Of a stretch of 64,000 nt of DNA, positions 36,123-48,279 are shown piece by piece. The notes under the pieces were generated by a model. It was not told where the DNA came from. It was given only the letters and a program-made list of their open reading frames with translations, and made no database searches. This stretch comes from Chiloscyllium plagiosum (lineage: Eukaryota), in contig NC_057750.1 of NCBI RefSeq assembly GCF_004010195.1, positions 9,272,163-9,336,162 on the forward strand. The letters run 5' to 3'. The position numbers were made by a program, and so were the translations under genes. Position 1 is the first letter of the stretch, and every line of letters begins with the position of its first letter.

Positions 36123-36304
36123 GAGGTGGGCGCCTCAGGGAGTGGAGTGCATTATTTCCCCCTCCAATTCTATTTTGATTTAATCCCTGTCCTCCCCTTC
36201 ACTGTTTGATCACACAGCATTGCCCTTTGATGTGAAGGGCACTGCTTGTCACTGGCCAAGCGGGTGTTTCCTTTCTTCCTGGTGGTGGGAATTTGAATAA
36301 AGAT
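36123..36304 (+). mobile_element. Tx1/L1-clade LINE extreme 3' end with 14-bp TSD
   Basis: RWAPQGVECIISPSNSILI*, short UTR, AATAAA. TSD TCCTTCTAGATTGA at 36109-36122 and 36305-36318. Confidence 0.7.
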
Positions 36305-36364
36305 TCCTTCTAGATTGAAGCAGTCATGGGTTTGGACGGTGCTGACTGAGAGTCATTGCATCAT

Positions 36365-36712
36365 GGAATCCCTACAGTGTAGAAGCAGGCCATTCAGCCC
36401 ATCGAGTCCACACTGACCATCCAAAGGACATCCCACCCAGACTCACCCCCCTACCCTATCCCTATAACACCTGCATTTCCCATGGCTAACCCACCTGGCC
36501 TGCACAACCCTGGACACTATGGGCAATTTAGAGCATGGCCAATCCACCCTAACCTACACATCTTTGGAAACCGGAGCACCTGTAGGAAACCCATGCAGAC
36601 AGGGGGAGAATGTGCAAACTCCACATACAGACGGTCGCCCGAGGGTGGAATCGAACCCGGGTCCCTGGCGCTGTGAGGCAGCAGTGCTAACCACTGAGCC
36701 ACCATGCCACCC
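36365..36712 (-). mobile_element. HE1-like SINE
   Basis: Head, V-domain and tail. Confidence 0.85.
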
Positions 36713-38060
36713 CATAGGTGAACACCACTGGTGAAATGCTTCAGCGCAGATTCACTAAATAAATCTTCAATTGAAAGCTGCTCTCAAAATGCAACTCGGT
36801 GAAAACTCTCACCGACTGCTGTAGAGACCTCATCTGGCTCACTAATGCCAGGAGTGAAATCTGCCGTCCTCATACACAGTCTGGCAGAGATGTGACTCCA
36901 GACCCACAGCGATGTGGCTGACTCTTAACTGTCCCCTCAAACAGCCTGAGCAACCCTCTCAGTTCAAGGGGCAATATAGGGGCTGGGTAACAACTGTGGA
37001 ACTCGCCAGCGATGCCCACATCCTGTGAAAGAATAGCAAAAAGGAACACGGGAGGGGTGGGAGTAGGCCGTGCAGGCAGAGGCCAGCATGGATCAGTCAG
37101 GCCGAGTGGCCTGGTTCTGAGCCTCATTTCTCGAAACAACAGGGAGAGATTAAAAAGAAAACACGATAACCCTCAGCTATCTCCCCCTCACCCCCTACTC
37201 GATCCAGACCCAATCCCAGGGATCGGATTGTCCTTCATGGAACGGAATGAAGCGCCGACAGAAATGAAGTGACTGACGGATTTTGCAGCTTATCCGCTCT
37301 CTGGGTTAAATCCCCTGTGGACTGTTCCGAGAGAAGTGCTTCCCCGGGGGGGAGAGGAAGTGACCCGGGGCCGCTCCACCGGAGAAGATACCATTTCCTA
37401 ATGGTCGCTTCCTGTCAGGGGGATGGGGGGGGGGGAGGGCGGTGTGTTGCTGAACAACTTGATGCGACTGGGGTCAGGGGACTTGAGCGGGGGGGGGGAA
37501 AACCACGCTGCCCTCCAAGAGGCAGCGACACCTCCAAGAGGAAAATGGGAGCCAAGGGAACGTGGAGCAGGAAATCAGAGGCAGCAGTGGAACTAATCCT
37601 CTCCATCCTGCCATGCTTCTCTTCTGACCGTCACGTGGGGTTGTCCCGTTAGCTCGAGAGGGTATTTCCTCTTCTTCCTACAGCCATCCCTCACTTACAA
37701 AGGAGGAAAACCAGGTCATATAGGCCCCTCGGGCCTAGTCTGAATCTCCACGGATTAAAGCTGACTCAATGTTGCCTGAACTCCGATTTCCTGCCTGACC
37801 CCTCGACTACCCCCCCTCCCCCCCCAACAGCCTGTCAAAACAAAAATCAGCCTTTGAATGTATTTGGCCTTTTGAGTGGAAGAGGATTTCACACAGGAGC
37901 CAAGAGGGGGAAAAATATGAGTCTCCTCATCTCCACCTTGCACGGGAGAAGTCTTCATTCTGAAACGGTTTTCTCCGTCTCTCGCACAAAAAGGAACACC
38001 TTTCCCCACTTCTGCACACACACCCAATGAGATCGCCTCGCATTCTCCTCATTCCTGAGG

Positions 38061-38598
38061 CGGAGGAGCCGGTTTTTGGACTGGGGTGGGCTAAGTTAAA
38101 AATCACACACCACCCGGTTATAGTCCGACAGGTTTATTTGGAAGCACTAGCTTTCGGAGCGACGCTACACAACCACCTGATGAAGGAGCAGCGCTCCGAA
38201 AGCTAGTGTGCTTCCACATTTTGTGGGCGGCACGGTGGCACAGTGGTTAGCACTGCTGCCTCACAGCGCCTGAGACCCGGGTTCAATTCCCGCCTCAGGC
38301 GACTGACTGTGTGGAGTTTGCACGTTCTCCCCGTGTCTGCGTGGGTTTCCTCCGGGTGCTCCGGTTTCCTCCCACAGTCACAAAGATGTGCAGGGCCAGG
38401 TGAATTGGCCATGCTAAATTGCCCGTAGTGTTAGGTAAGGGGTCAATGTAGGGGTATGGGTGGGTTGCGCTTCGGCGGGTCGGTGTGGACTTGTTGGGCC
38501 GAAGGGCCTGTTTCCACACTGTAATCTAATCTAATCTAATCTAATCTAATCACATAAACCTGTTGGACTATAACCTGGTGTTGTGTGATTTTTAACTT
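38061..38598. mobile_element. PLE family B fold-back interrupted by a young HE1 SINE (about 38220-38550, plus)
   Basis: Arms AAGTTAAAAATCACACACCACCCGGTTATAGTCC / GGACTATAACCTGGTGTTGTGTGATTTTTAACTT. SINE flanked by (C)ACAT with a (TAATC)n tail. Confidence 0.85.
38174..38208 (+). ncRNA. Minimal type I hammerhead ribozyme motif (family B, intact)
   Basis: CAC-CTGATGA-A-GGAGC-AGC-GCTCC-GAAA-GC-TA-GTG: stem I CAC/GTG, 5-bp stem II, palindromic AGCT at helix III. Confidence 0.8.
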
Positions 38599-38961
38599 TC
38601 TAAATTCTGGCTCTATCTGCTCAGCCTTATCCCACGACTGAATCTGAATCTGAATCATTGGGAATGAAGATGCTTCATTGCCCGAGTGGACAAGAGGCAG
38701 TTGCCTAGCAACGTACCGCTGACCCGTTCCCCCGGACTTTATGGTTTGGATAGAGTTTGCTTGTTCCATGGTGATCTGCTTTGAAAATCTCATGAGAACC
38801 TGCGACAGGAATTGGAGACAGACGGATGAGACGGAGAAATTAGGAGCAGTTAGCAGGCCATTCGGCCCCATGGAGCCTGCTACCCTATTCAATGTGATCG
38901 TGGCTGATCAGCCAACTCAGCCCCCCTGTTCCTACTTTCTCCCTGTTCCCTTCAATCCCTC

Positions 38962-39720
38962 ACAGAGTCATACAGCATGGAAACAGACCCCTTCAGACCC
39001 CAACTCATCCTTGCCGCCCAGCATTCCAATCTGACCCACATCCCTCTGAACCCTTCCCATTCATGTACGCATCCAGATGTTGTAATTGTACCAGCCTCCA
39101 CCACTTCCTCATTCCACACACGCACCACCCTCTGCGTGAAAAAGCTATCCCTCATGTCCCTTGTAAATCTTTCCCCTCTCACCTTAAACCTATGCCCTCT
39201 GGTTTTGGTCTCCCCCACCCCAGGGGGAAAAGACCCTGTCTATTCACCCTATCCATGTCCCTCATGATTTTATAAACCTCTATAAAGTCACCCCTCAGCC
39301 CCCGACGCTCCAGGGAAAACAGCCCCAGCCTACTCAGCCTTTCCCTATAGCTCAAATCCTCCAACCCTGGCAACATCCTTGTCAATCTTTTCTGCACCCT
39401 TTCAAATTTCACCACTCTTTCCTATGACAGGGAGATCAGAACACTGTATTCCCAAAAATAGCCTAACCACCAAACTGTACAGTCATGACATGATATTCCA
39501 ACTCCAATACTCAACGCACTGACTAACAAAAGCAAGCAGACCAACCACCTCCTTCACTACCCTGTCTACCTGTAACTCCACCTTCAAGGAACTGTGCACC
39601 CCCAACCCTCGGCCTCTTTGTTCGACAAATCTCCCAAGGGTCCCGCCATTAAGTATGCAAGGCCTGCCCTGATTTGCCTTACCAAAATGCAACACCTCAC
39701 ATTTATCTCAATTAAATTCC
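38962..39720 (-). mobile_element. CR1/HER1 3' fragment
   Basis: LHFGKANQGR..ERVQKRLTRMLPGL..WNEEVV. Confidence 0.88.
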
Positions 39721-39927
39721 TGTGTTCAAATCCCATCAAAGCATTTAAAATTCATCAGATTGCTAGTTTCATTAACGATGCTCATTAAAATGCCACAAAC
39801 AGATGCACATATAATCGAGAAAGCTAACGGAATACAGGTCTTTCTAAAGAGAGTACAAGGATGCAGAAGTTGTCCTGCAGTTACACAAAACCCCACTTGG
39901 AATACAGTGAGCTGATCTGGGCCCCAT

Positions 39928-40150
39928 GGGAATTGGTTTAGCTCACTTGGCGAAATGTCGGTTTAAGGAGCAGAGTGATGCCAACAGTGTTGGTTCAATT
40001 CCCATCACCGATTGAGGCTACCATGAAGAACTCTCCGTCTCAACCTCTCCCCTCACCTGAGCTCTGGTGGCCCTCAGGTTAAATCACCACCAGTCGCTTC
40101 TCTCTGTAATGGGAGAGCAGCCCCTATGTCTGGTAAGACTGTGGCGACAC
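39928..40150 (+). mobile_element. Additional tRNA-headed SINE-like element
   Basis: A box TAGCTCACTTGG, B box GGTTCAATTCC, body unlike the other SINEs. Confidence 0.5.
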
Positions 40151-40253
40151 ATCAACAACCCTGCTGGGCCCCACACCCCAGAAGGGATACTCTAGCCTTG
40201 GAGGGAGTAGAGGAAAAAATGAGGAGTGGTTATACAAATCAGGCGTTAACATA

Positions 40254-40753
40254 NNNNNNNNNNNNNNNNNNNNNNNNNNNNNNNNNNNNNNNNNNNNNNN
40301 NNNNNNNNNNNNNNNNNNNNNNNNNNNNNNNNNNNNNNNNNNNNNNNNNNNNNNNNNNNNNNNNNNNNNNNNNNNNNNNNNNNNNNNNNNNNNNNNNNNN
40401 NNNNNNNNNNNNNNNNNNNNNNNNNNNNNNNNNNNNNNNNNNNNNNNNNNNNNNNNNNNNNNNNNNNNNNNNNNNNNNNNNNNNNNNNNNNNNNNNNNNN
40501 NNNNNNNNNNNNNNNNNNNNNNNNNNNNNNNNNNNNNNNNNNNNNNNNNNNNNNNNNNNNNNNNNNNNNNNNNNNNNNNNNNNNNNNNNNNNNNNNNNNN
40601 NNNNNNNNNNNNNNNNNNNNNNNNNNNNNNNNNNNNNNNNNNNNNNNNNNNNNNNNNNNNNNNNNNNNNNNNNNNNNNNNNNNNNNNNNNNNNNNNNNNN
40701 NNNNNNNNNNNNNNNNNNNNNNNNNNNNNNNNNNNNNNNNNNNNNNNNNNNNN
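40254..40753. other. Assembly gap (500 N)
   Basis: Run of N. Confidence 1.
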
Positions 40754-41110
40754 GTATGCCTGTGTGTGTATATGTGAGTGTGTGTATGTGAGTGCGTGTG
40801 TGCGTGAGTGCTTGTGCTTGTGTGCATGTGTGTGTGTGCCTGCGTATGTATGTGTGTGTCTGCGTGTGTATGTGTGAGTGCGTGTGTGTGTGAGTGCTTG
40901 TGTGTGCGGGTGTGTGTGTGAATGCGTGTGTGTGTGCGCCGGCGTGTGTATGTGTGAGTGCATGTGTATGTGTGTGTGTCTGCGTATGTGTGTGTGAGTG
41001 CGTGTGTGTTTGTGTGTGTGTGTGTGTCTGTGTGTGTGTGTGTGTGAGTGCGTGTACATGTGTGAGCGCATGTGCGTGTGAGAATGTGAGAGAGAGAGAG
41101 TGTGTGTGTG
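40754..41110. repeat. Degenerate (TG)n microsatellite
   Basis: Direct reading. Similar tracts at 5781-5803, 50980-51370 and 52023-52175. Confidence 0.95.
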
Positions 41111-41264
41111 GTCCTGGAGAAAGGGACTTGGTGTAAGTGAAGACACAGACAGCAGAGATTTTCAGCGTGTTGATAGAACAGAGGCAGCCTGTGTCAGTGT
41201 TTATACATGAACTTCCTCCCACTCCCTCCTCGATGTAGCCCTCAACACACCCTTCTGGTGCATT

Positions 41265-42405
41265 CTCCTTCAGGTTCCCCCAGGGCCACTCAGCTCCCGG
41301 CCTCATTACAGCCTTAGTTCAAACATGGACAAAAGAGCTGAATTCCAGAGGGGAGGTGAGAGGGACAGACCTTGACATCAAGGCCACGTTAGACTGAGTG
41401 TGGCATCAAGGAGTCTGAGCGAAACTGGAATCAATGGGCTTCAGGGCAAACTCCACACAGTTGGAGTTGTACCTGGCACAAAGGAAGATGGTTGTGGTTG
41501 TTGGAGGTCAGTCATCTCAGCTCCAGGACATCTCTTCAGGAGTTCCTCAGGGTAGTGCCCTAGGCCCAGCTGACCTTCCCTCCATCATAAGGTCAGAAGT
41601 GGAAATGTTCACCGCTGATTGCACAATGTTCAGCACCATTCATGATTCCTCAGATACTGAAGCAGTCCATTTTCAAATGGAACAAGATCTGGACAATATC
41701 CAGTGGCAAGTAACATTCGTGCCACACAAATGCCAGGCAATGACCATTCCCAATAAGGAACAATCTAATCACCGCCCCTTGACACTCAATGGTATCACCA
41801 TCACTGAATCCCCCACTATCAACATCCTGGGGGTTACCGTTGACCAGAAACTCAACTGGACTCACCACGTAAACACAAGAGCAGGTCAGAGGCTGGGAAT
41901 CCTCTGAGTAACTGACCTCCTGACTCCCCAAAGCCTGACCACCATCTACAAGGCACAAGTCAGGAGGGTGATGGAATACTCCCCAATTGCCCTGGATTGG
42001 GGCAGCTCCAACAACACTCAAGACGCTCGACACCATCCAGGATAAAGCAGCCCCCGCTCGACTGGCACCACATCCACAAGCATCCCCTCCCCCCACCACC
42101 GACGCTCAGTAGCAGCGGTGTGTACCATCTACAAGATGCACTGCAGAAAGTCACCAAAGATCCTCAGACCCATGACCACTTCCACCTTGAAGAACATGGG
42201 CTGCAGATACATGGGAACACCACTCACTCCAAGTTCCCTTCTGAGCCACTCCTCATCCTGACTTGGAAATATATCACTGTTCCTTCAGTGTCGCCGGGTC
42301 AAAATCCTGGAATTCCCTCCCTCAGGGCATTGTGGGTCTACCTACAGCACACGGACTGCAGGGGTTCAAGAAGGCAGCTCACCCCCACCTTCTCAAGGGG
42401 CAATT
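41265..42405 (+). mobile_element. Second LINE family (CR1/L2 group), RT region and 3' end, decayed
   Basis: LDIKATLD*VWHQG..YLAQRKMVVVVGGQSS..SGVPQGSALGP..KCQAMTI..ILGVTVDQKLNW. Tail GGTTCAAGAAGGCAGCTCACC..CTTCTCAAGGGGCAA. Confidence 0.85.
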
Positions 42406-42602
42406 AACCAGTGATACCCGTGTCTTATGATACATTACACTATTTGACGCAACAATTCTCTATGGTTGCTAGTTCCACTTTTGAACTTTATGTGATGCTG
42501 TTCCTGCTGAAATTCCTACTGGATTTATCTGTGATATATCAGCATTCCTTAATTGTCAATCTGGAGTTTTCTGTCCAATTCAATCATCACATGGACTCCA
42601 GT

Positions 42603-42642
42603 GAGACAGAGAGAGAGAGAGAGACTGAGACACAGAGAGAGG

Positions 42643-42673
<31 letters not shown>

Positions 42674-42925
42674 ACTGAGACGGAGAGGGAAGGACAGAGG
42701 AAAGAGTGAGAAGGAGAGAGAGGAAGAGTGAGACAGAGAATGAGAGATCAGAGAGAAGGAGACCAGAGAGGAAGACAGAGAGATAGAGAAAGAGAGAAAC
42801 ACAGAAAGTGAGGGAGACAGAGAAAGAGAGATGGAGATGGAAATAAAAAGACAGAGAGAGACACAGACAAAGGGACAAAGAGAGACAGACAGTGAGAGTT
42901 ACTGATGGAGAGATAGAGACAGTCA
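42603..42925. repeat. Purine-rich (GA)/(GACA) low-complexity tract
   Basis: Direct reading. Also 50740-50930. Confidence 0.95.
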
Positions 42926-43496
42926 GTGACAAAGGGCACAGTCACCATCACTGTCTCAGAGCACCAAGAACCACAGTGTGACCAATACCTCCAACAGTTT
43001 GGGAATGGGGAGCACAGGGACACAGGACTGTCCAGCCTGTCCTTAAACAGGAGGTAAGTCCTTCTCCTGAGAAGCTGGCAGTGCCAGGGGGAGGGGGGTA
43101 CAGGGTCCTGTGGATCAAGTAAGGCTGACATGGCTGTGTGTCTGTGTCCCCTGTTCACAGCAAATACAATGAGACCTTTCTGTTGAACGCGTTAAACACT
43201 GACTCTCCAAACCGTCCCTGCCACTGCCATGACCTCTCTCAGTTTCCAACACTCACTCTGTTCCTTTGTCCATCTGCCTGTCCCTCTCAGTGTGTTCCTG
43301 TCTGTTTCCCTCCTCTCATCGGGTTGGTGGGATCTCCCCCTCTCCTCGTGACTCGCTCACTGTTATGTCAGTTCCCTGAGACACTGTGACCTCAGCTTTC
43401 TCTCGCTCTTTGTTCCTGAAAACCCAGGGGCCTGAGTGACATGGGATTTGTGGCAGAATCAGGTGAGACCCTCCTCAATTTCCGGAGCATCAGTAC

Positions 43497-43896
43497 AGAA
43501 TCCCAACCGTGTAGGAAGCAGGCCATTCGACCCATCAAATCCACATGACTCTCTGAAGAGCATCCTACCCAGACCCATTCCCCATCCCTGAAACCCTGCA
43601 TTTCCCATGGCCAATCCACCCTAACTTGCACACCCCTGGGCACTATGGGGCAATTTTGCATGGCCAATCCACCCTAACTTGCACACCCCTGGGCACTATG
43701 GGGTAATGTAGCATGGCCAATCCACCCTAACCTACACATCCCTGGACACTACGGACAATTTAGCATGGCCAATTCACCTAACCTGCACATCGTTGGACTG
43801 TGGGAGGAAACCCACGCAGACACGGGGAGAATGTGCAAACTCCACACAGACAGTCGCCCGAGGGTGGAATCAAACCCAGGTCCCTGATGCTGTGAG
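43497..43896 (-). mobile_element. HE1-like SINE with about 4 internal 52-53 bp repeats
   Basis: ATGGCCAATCCACCCTAAC..CACTATGGGG repeated. Confidence 0.88.
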
Positions 43897-44409
43897 GGTT
43901 GGTGCAGTCTGGATGGGCTGAATGGCCTCCTTCTACACTGTAGGGATTCTACAATTGTGTAACATTCACAGGCACAGTCTGCACATCGCCGAAGAGACAG
44001 GCAGTTATCCAGCTGAAACAGACACATCAGTCTGACTACTGTCTGGGGCAATGGTCAGTCGGTGTAGGGACGGGGTCAGCAGGGGGAGTGGTCTCTCATC
44101 ATTCACAGCGCTGCACAGACAATGCTCAGGGTCTCCTCACCCTTGTCTTGGGGCTGTTCACCCTAGTTAGTCAGAGGTCTGGGCTGTTTATAGTCCCCCG
44201 GGGAAGTTGGAGGGAGGTGATGGTCTGTCCATTGATTGCTGAGGAAGGTCCTGGTGTGGCAGTGGTGTTGGGAGCTGGGTGGAACAGCAGCAGAGACCAC
44301 AAGAGGAGGGGAGGTAACTGGCAATGACCCCCCTCCCCCACCCCCATCCCACTACGGCCTCCACACACAGAGAGTGCAGGGGCAGTGTAGAGTGTGTTGT
44401 TGGGTCTCA

Positions 44410-44757
44410 AGGGGGCAAGTGGTTCAGTGGTTAGCACTGCTGCCCCACAGCATCAGGGATACGGATTCGATTCCACTCTCAGGTGATTGTCTGTGTGGAG
44501 TTTGCACGCTCTCCCCGTGTCTGCGTGGGTTTCCTCCGGGTGCTCCAGTTTCCTCCCACAGTCCAAAGATGTGCAGGTTAAGGTGGATTGGCTATGCTAA
44601 ATTGCTCATAGGGCTGAGGGGTGTGTACTTTACGGGCATTAGTCAAGGGGAAATGTAGAGTAATAGGGTAGGGGAATGGGTCTGGGTGGGTTACTCTTCA
44701 GAGGGTCGGTGTTGACTTGTTGGGCTGAATGGCCTGCTTCCACACTGTAGGGGTTCT
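44410..44757 (+). mobile_element. HE1-like SINE
   Basis: Full head, V-domain and tail. Confidence 0.9.
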
Positions 44758-45102
44758 ATAAAGTGCATTGTGATGGCTCTCTCATTTGGGGGGATAATGG
44801 GCAACTCAGGGGGCAGTTTGAGGCAGGAGGAGGCATTGAGGCTAGGGGAGGTGGGTAGGTAGTGGGGAATGTGGTGACCAGGCAGACCCCTGGTGCTCTG
44901 GGTCGCCACCAGCCTCTCTCTCACTGCAAAATGCAAGTGGAAAATACCAGGGCCAACACCCAGGGTGGGCACAGTCAGTGCCACTTTGAGGGGCAAAAGC
45001 AGACAGAGTGGGGGGGGGGGGGTGAAATCTCCATCAGGTGGACGTTAGGGCATTGACGGGGCAGAAACGTGAAGCAGGGGTTTGTGAACAATAACGATTC
45101 AC

Positions 45103-45478
45103 AACTCGGTGAATGGCGCTCTTTATTCTGCCCGGAACGTGTTGGTCTTCCAGTGTAAGGAGTTGACCCTGATCGAGTGTTGCAGACTGGCACATTCCAA
45201 GCTCCAGGACGACGTGCTGAGGGACGCACTGAAGCCTGGGGCAGCTGCTGCCAAGGGGCAGTGGGGGAAGACCACCATCTGAGGTCTTCCTACTGAAGGT
45301 AAATGGGGGTCCGTTCAGTTATGGGACCCTCCTACTGCCTCCAATATCTGCAAATACAGTCTCGTGTAAGTAAGAAAGGCCTTGGATTTGCTCGCACTGC
45401 ACAGAGTCAAACTGCTCCAGTGACTGTGTACGTATGTAAAGATTTTTATGCCGAAAGTACATAGTTGAAGTAAAAAAA
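45103..45478 (+). mobile_element. Tx1/L1-clade LINE 3' end
   Basis: NSVNGALYSARNVLVFQCKELTLIECCRLAHSKLQDDVLRDALKPGAAAAKGQWGKTTI* (45103-45282), then UTR and A-rich end. Confidence 0.7.
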
Positions 45479-45617
45479 TTGTTTTCATCGCTCATTTACA
45501 ATTCACCCAAAAGGCAATGCATTTCGGGGTCAAAAGCTGTTTGGGGCTTGCAGACTGAACACTGGCATCTCCATGATGCCCTGGCACTAATGGCAGTGAT
45601 TTAGACAAAGGAGGGCA

Positions 45618-45935
45618 AATTAGATTAGATTACTTACAGTGTGGAAACAGGCCCTTCGGCCCAACAAGTCCACACCGAAGCGCAACCCACCCAGACCCAT
45701 TCCCCTACATTTACCCCTTCACCTAAGGTTACAGGCAATTTAGCATGGCCAATTCACCTGACCTGCACATCTTTGTGACTGTGGGAGGAAACCAGAGCAC
45801 CTGGAGGAAACCCACACAGACACGGGGAGAATGTGCAAACTCCGCACAGACAGTCACCTGAGGCGGGAATTGAACCCGGATTTCTGGCGCTGTGAGGCAG
45901 CGGTGCTAACCACTGTGCCACCGTGCCACCCACAA
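45618..45935 (-). mobile_element. HE1-like SINE
   Basis: (TTAGA)n tail, V-domain and head. Confidence 0.9.
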
Positions 45936-46021
45936 ACGTTGGCCAATGTTGAGCTGTTGCTCAGGGGAACGGAAACCATCACGACTCATGTGATGGAACC
46001 ACACTGACCACGATGACAATT

Positions 46022-46150
46022 GGGTGAAAGTGAGGACTGCAGATGCTGGAAATCAGAGTCTGGGTCAGAGTGGTGCTGGAAAAGCAGGTCAGGCAGCATC
46101 CGAGGAGCTGGAAAATCGGCGTTTCGGGCAAAAGCCCTTCATCAGGAATA
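46022..46150 (-). mobile_element. PLE family A single arm starting just upstream of its hammerhead
   Basis: ATTC-CTGATGA-A-GGGC-TTTT-GCCC-GAAA-CG-CC on the minus strand. Degenerate TSD GATGA(C/G)AATTG. Confidence 0.8.
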
Positions 46151-46359
46151 TTGTGATGAGAATTGACTGACTGACGGTGGGTCTGGAATAGAAAGGGGAT
46201 GAGCTGCGTCAATCCAGATTGAGAGCTGGTCATTACAGAATAATCACTCGGTTGGTATTGTAGGGAGGCATCTGCAGTCTCGAATCATTTTGGCTGTGTT
46301 CGCTTTTTGCTGGCTGTAACTTGAAGCTCATGTCTGAAATTGTCCAATTGCTTGCTTAA

Positions 46360-47290
46360 GATAAATGTGCGGTGCTGCATTTTGAAAAGGCAAACCAGGT
46401 CAGGACTTACACATTTAATGGTAAGGTCCTGGGGAGTGTTACTGAACCTTAGGGTGCAGGTGGAGGTGAAGTCACAAACAGACAGGGTGGTGAAGAAGTC
46501 TTTATTTCAGGATGTGGACTCAGGTGGACAAGGTTAGAAGTCACATGACACCAGGTTATAGTCCAACAGAATTATTTGAAATCACAAGCTGTTGGAGCTC
46601 TGCTCTTTCACATCATCTGACGAAGGAGCAGCGCTCCAAATGCTTGTGATTTCAGATAAACCTGATGGCGTATAATCTGATGTCATGTGACTTCTAATTT
46701 TATTGGTCAGCGCATTGAGTATAGGAGTTGGGATGTCACGTTGCGGCTGTACAGGACTTTTGGAATACTGCATTCAGTTCTGTTCTCCTTCCTATCAGAA
46801 AGATGTTGTGAAACTTGAAACAGTTCAGAAAAGATTAACAAGGATGTTGCTAGGGTGTGGAGGGATTGAGCTATAGGGAGAGGCTGAATAGGCTGGGGCT
46901 GTTTCCCTGGAGGCTGAGGGGTGACCTTATAGAGGTTTATAAAATCATGAGGGGCATAGATAGGTAAAGAGACCAAGTCTTCTCCCTGGGGTGAGGGAGA
47001 CCAGAACTAGAGGGCATAGGTTTAGGGTGAGAGGGGAAAGATATAAAAGGGAGTTAAGGGGCAACTTTTTCACGCAGAGAGTGGTACGTGTATGGAATGA
47101 GCTGCCAGAGGGAGTGGTGGAGGCTGGTACAATTACAACATTTAAAAGGCATATGGGTTGGTATATGAATAGGAAGGGTTTAGAGGAATATGGGCCAAAT
47201 GCTGGCAAATGGGACTAGATTAATTTGGCATATCTGGTCGGCATGGACAAGATGGACCGAAGGGTCTATTTCTGTGCTGTCTGACTCTAT
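46360..47290 (+). mobile_element. CR1/HER1 fragment with a PLE family B fold-back inside (about 46510-46700)
   Basis: LINE resumes after AGAAGTCACATGACACCAGG..TGTCATGTGACTTCT inverted arms. Confidence 0.85.
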
Positions 47291-48279
47291 GTGACTCCAG
47301 ACCCACAGCATTGTGATAGACTCTCAATGGTGCCTCTGGGTAATAAATGCTGATTTACTTTTGTTTTGTGAATTCACATAAAACATGTAATCCCTCTTTT
47401 TAGTTGCTTCACCATGTCAAGATTCCCAAGTTTTGGAATTCCCTATCTCTATAAGGCATCTGGATCGGTACATGAACAGGAAGGGTTTGGAGGGATACGG
47501 GCCAAGTGCTGGCAAATGGGACTAGATGAGGTTGGGATATCTGGTCGGCATGGACGAGTTGGACCGAAGGGTCTGTTTCCGTGCTGTACATCTCTATGAC
47601 ACTGTGATTCAATAACAGAAACTCAGCAGGTCTGGCAGCACGTGTGGGGAGAAAGCAGAGTTAATGCTCCTTATGAAGAGCTACCAGACGCGAAACACTA
47701 ACTCTCCTCTCTGCCCACAGGAGCTGCTGAGTTTCTCTAGCAACATCTGCTTTTGTTGCAGGTTCCCAGCACCCACAGTTCTTTGTTTCATTTTATTTTA
47801 TTGTCCAATTGCTCGTCCATTTCTGATATTTCACTCATGGACAATGAAAGGCTCCAGTGGGTGTTAGTGGGGACTCAGAGGAGGGAGCGTTTGCGATGGG
47901 ATGTAGCTAATGACGGGTAAACTGTGCAGCCTAATGGTTGAGCAGTGACAAGGAAGAGGGGGGGGGAAGAGAGAAAGGGGATGGAAATCTCCCAGTGATA
48001 CTCACTGAGTGACGATTTGTTCAGGGTACGCTGAGTGGTGAGATGGGGCTGGGGTGAGAGCAGCACTCTAGAGGGTGGGATGATCATTAGTGAGGTGGGT
48101 GTGGAGAGGTAGCGTGAGCCTTCATTTGCAAAAAGCCTGCAAAAGTCTCGACACAGTTCTCCCATTGGCCAACAACAGTAAGATTCAGGTCTTTATTACC
48201 AGCCTCCTTCTGCCTTAATACGTCTGAGCCTTGGTCTCAACTGCTCTCCTTTCCTGTTAGAATGGGTCTCTGTCCCACC

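Noticed and set aside
38224..38296. tRNA gene
   Set aside because: The tRNA-like head continues into the V-SINE body. The same applies to all such heads in the window.
42925..43060. Exon ending at the strong donor GAG/GTAAGT
   Set aside because: No acceptor upstream (purine tract) and the peptide is unrecognisable.
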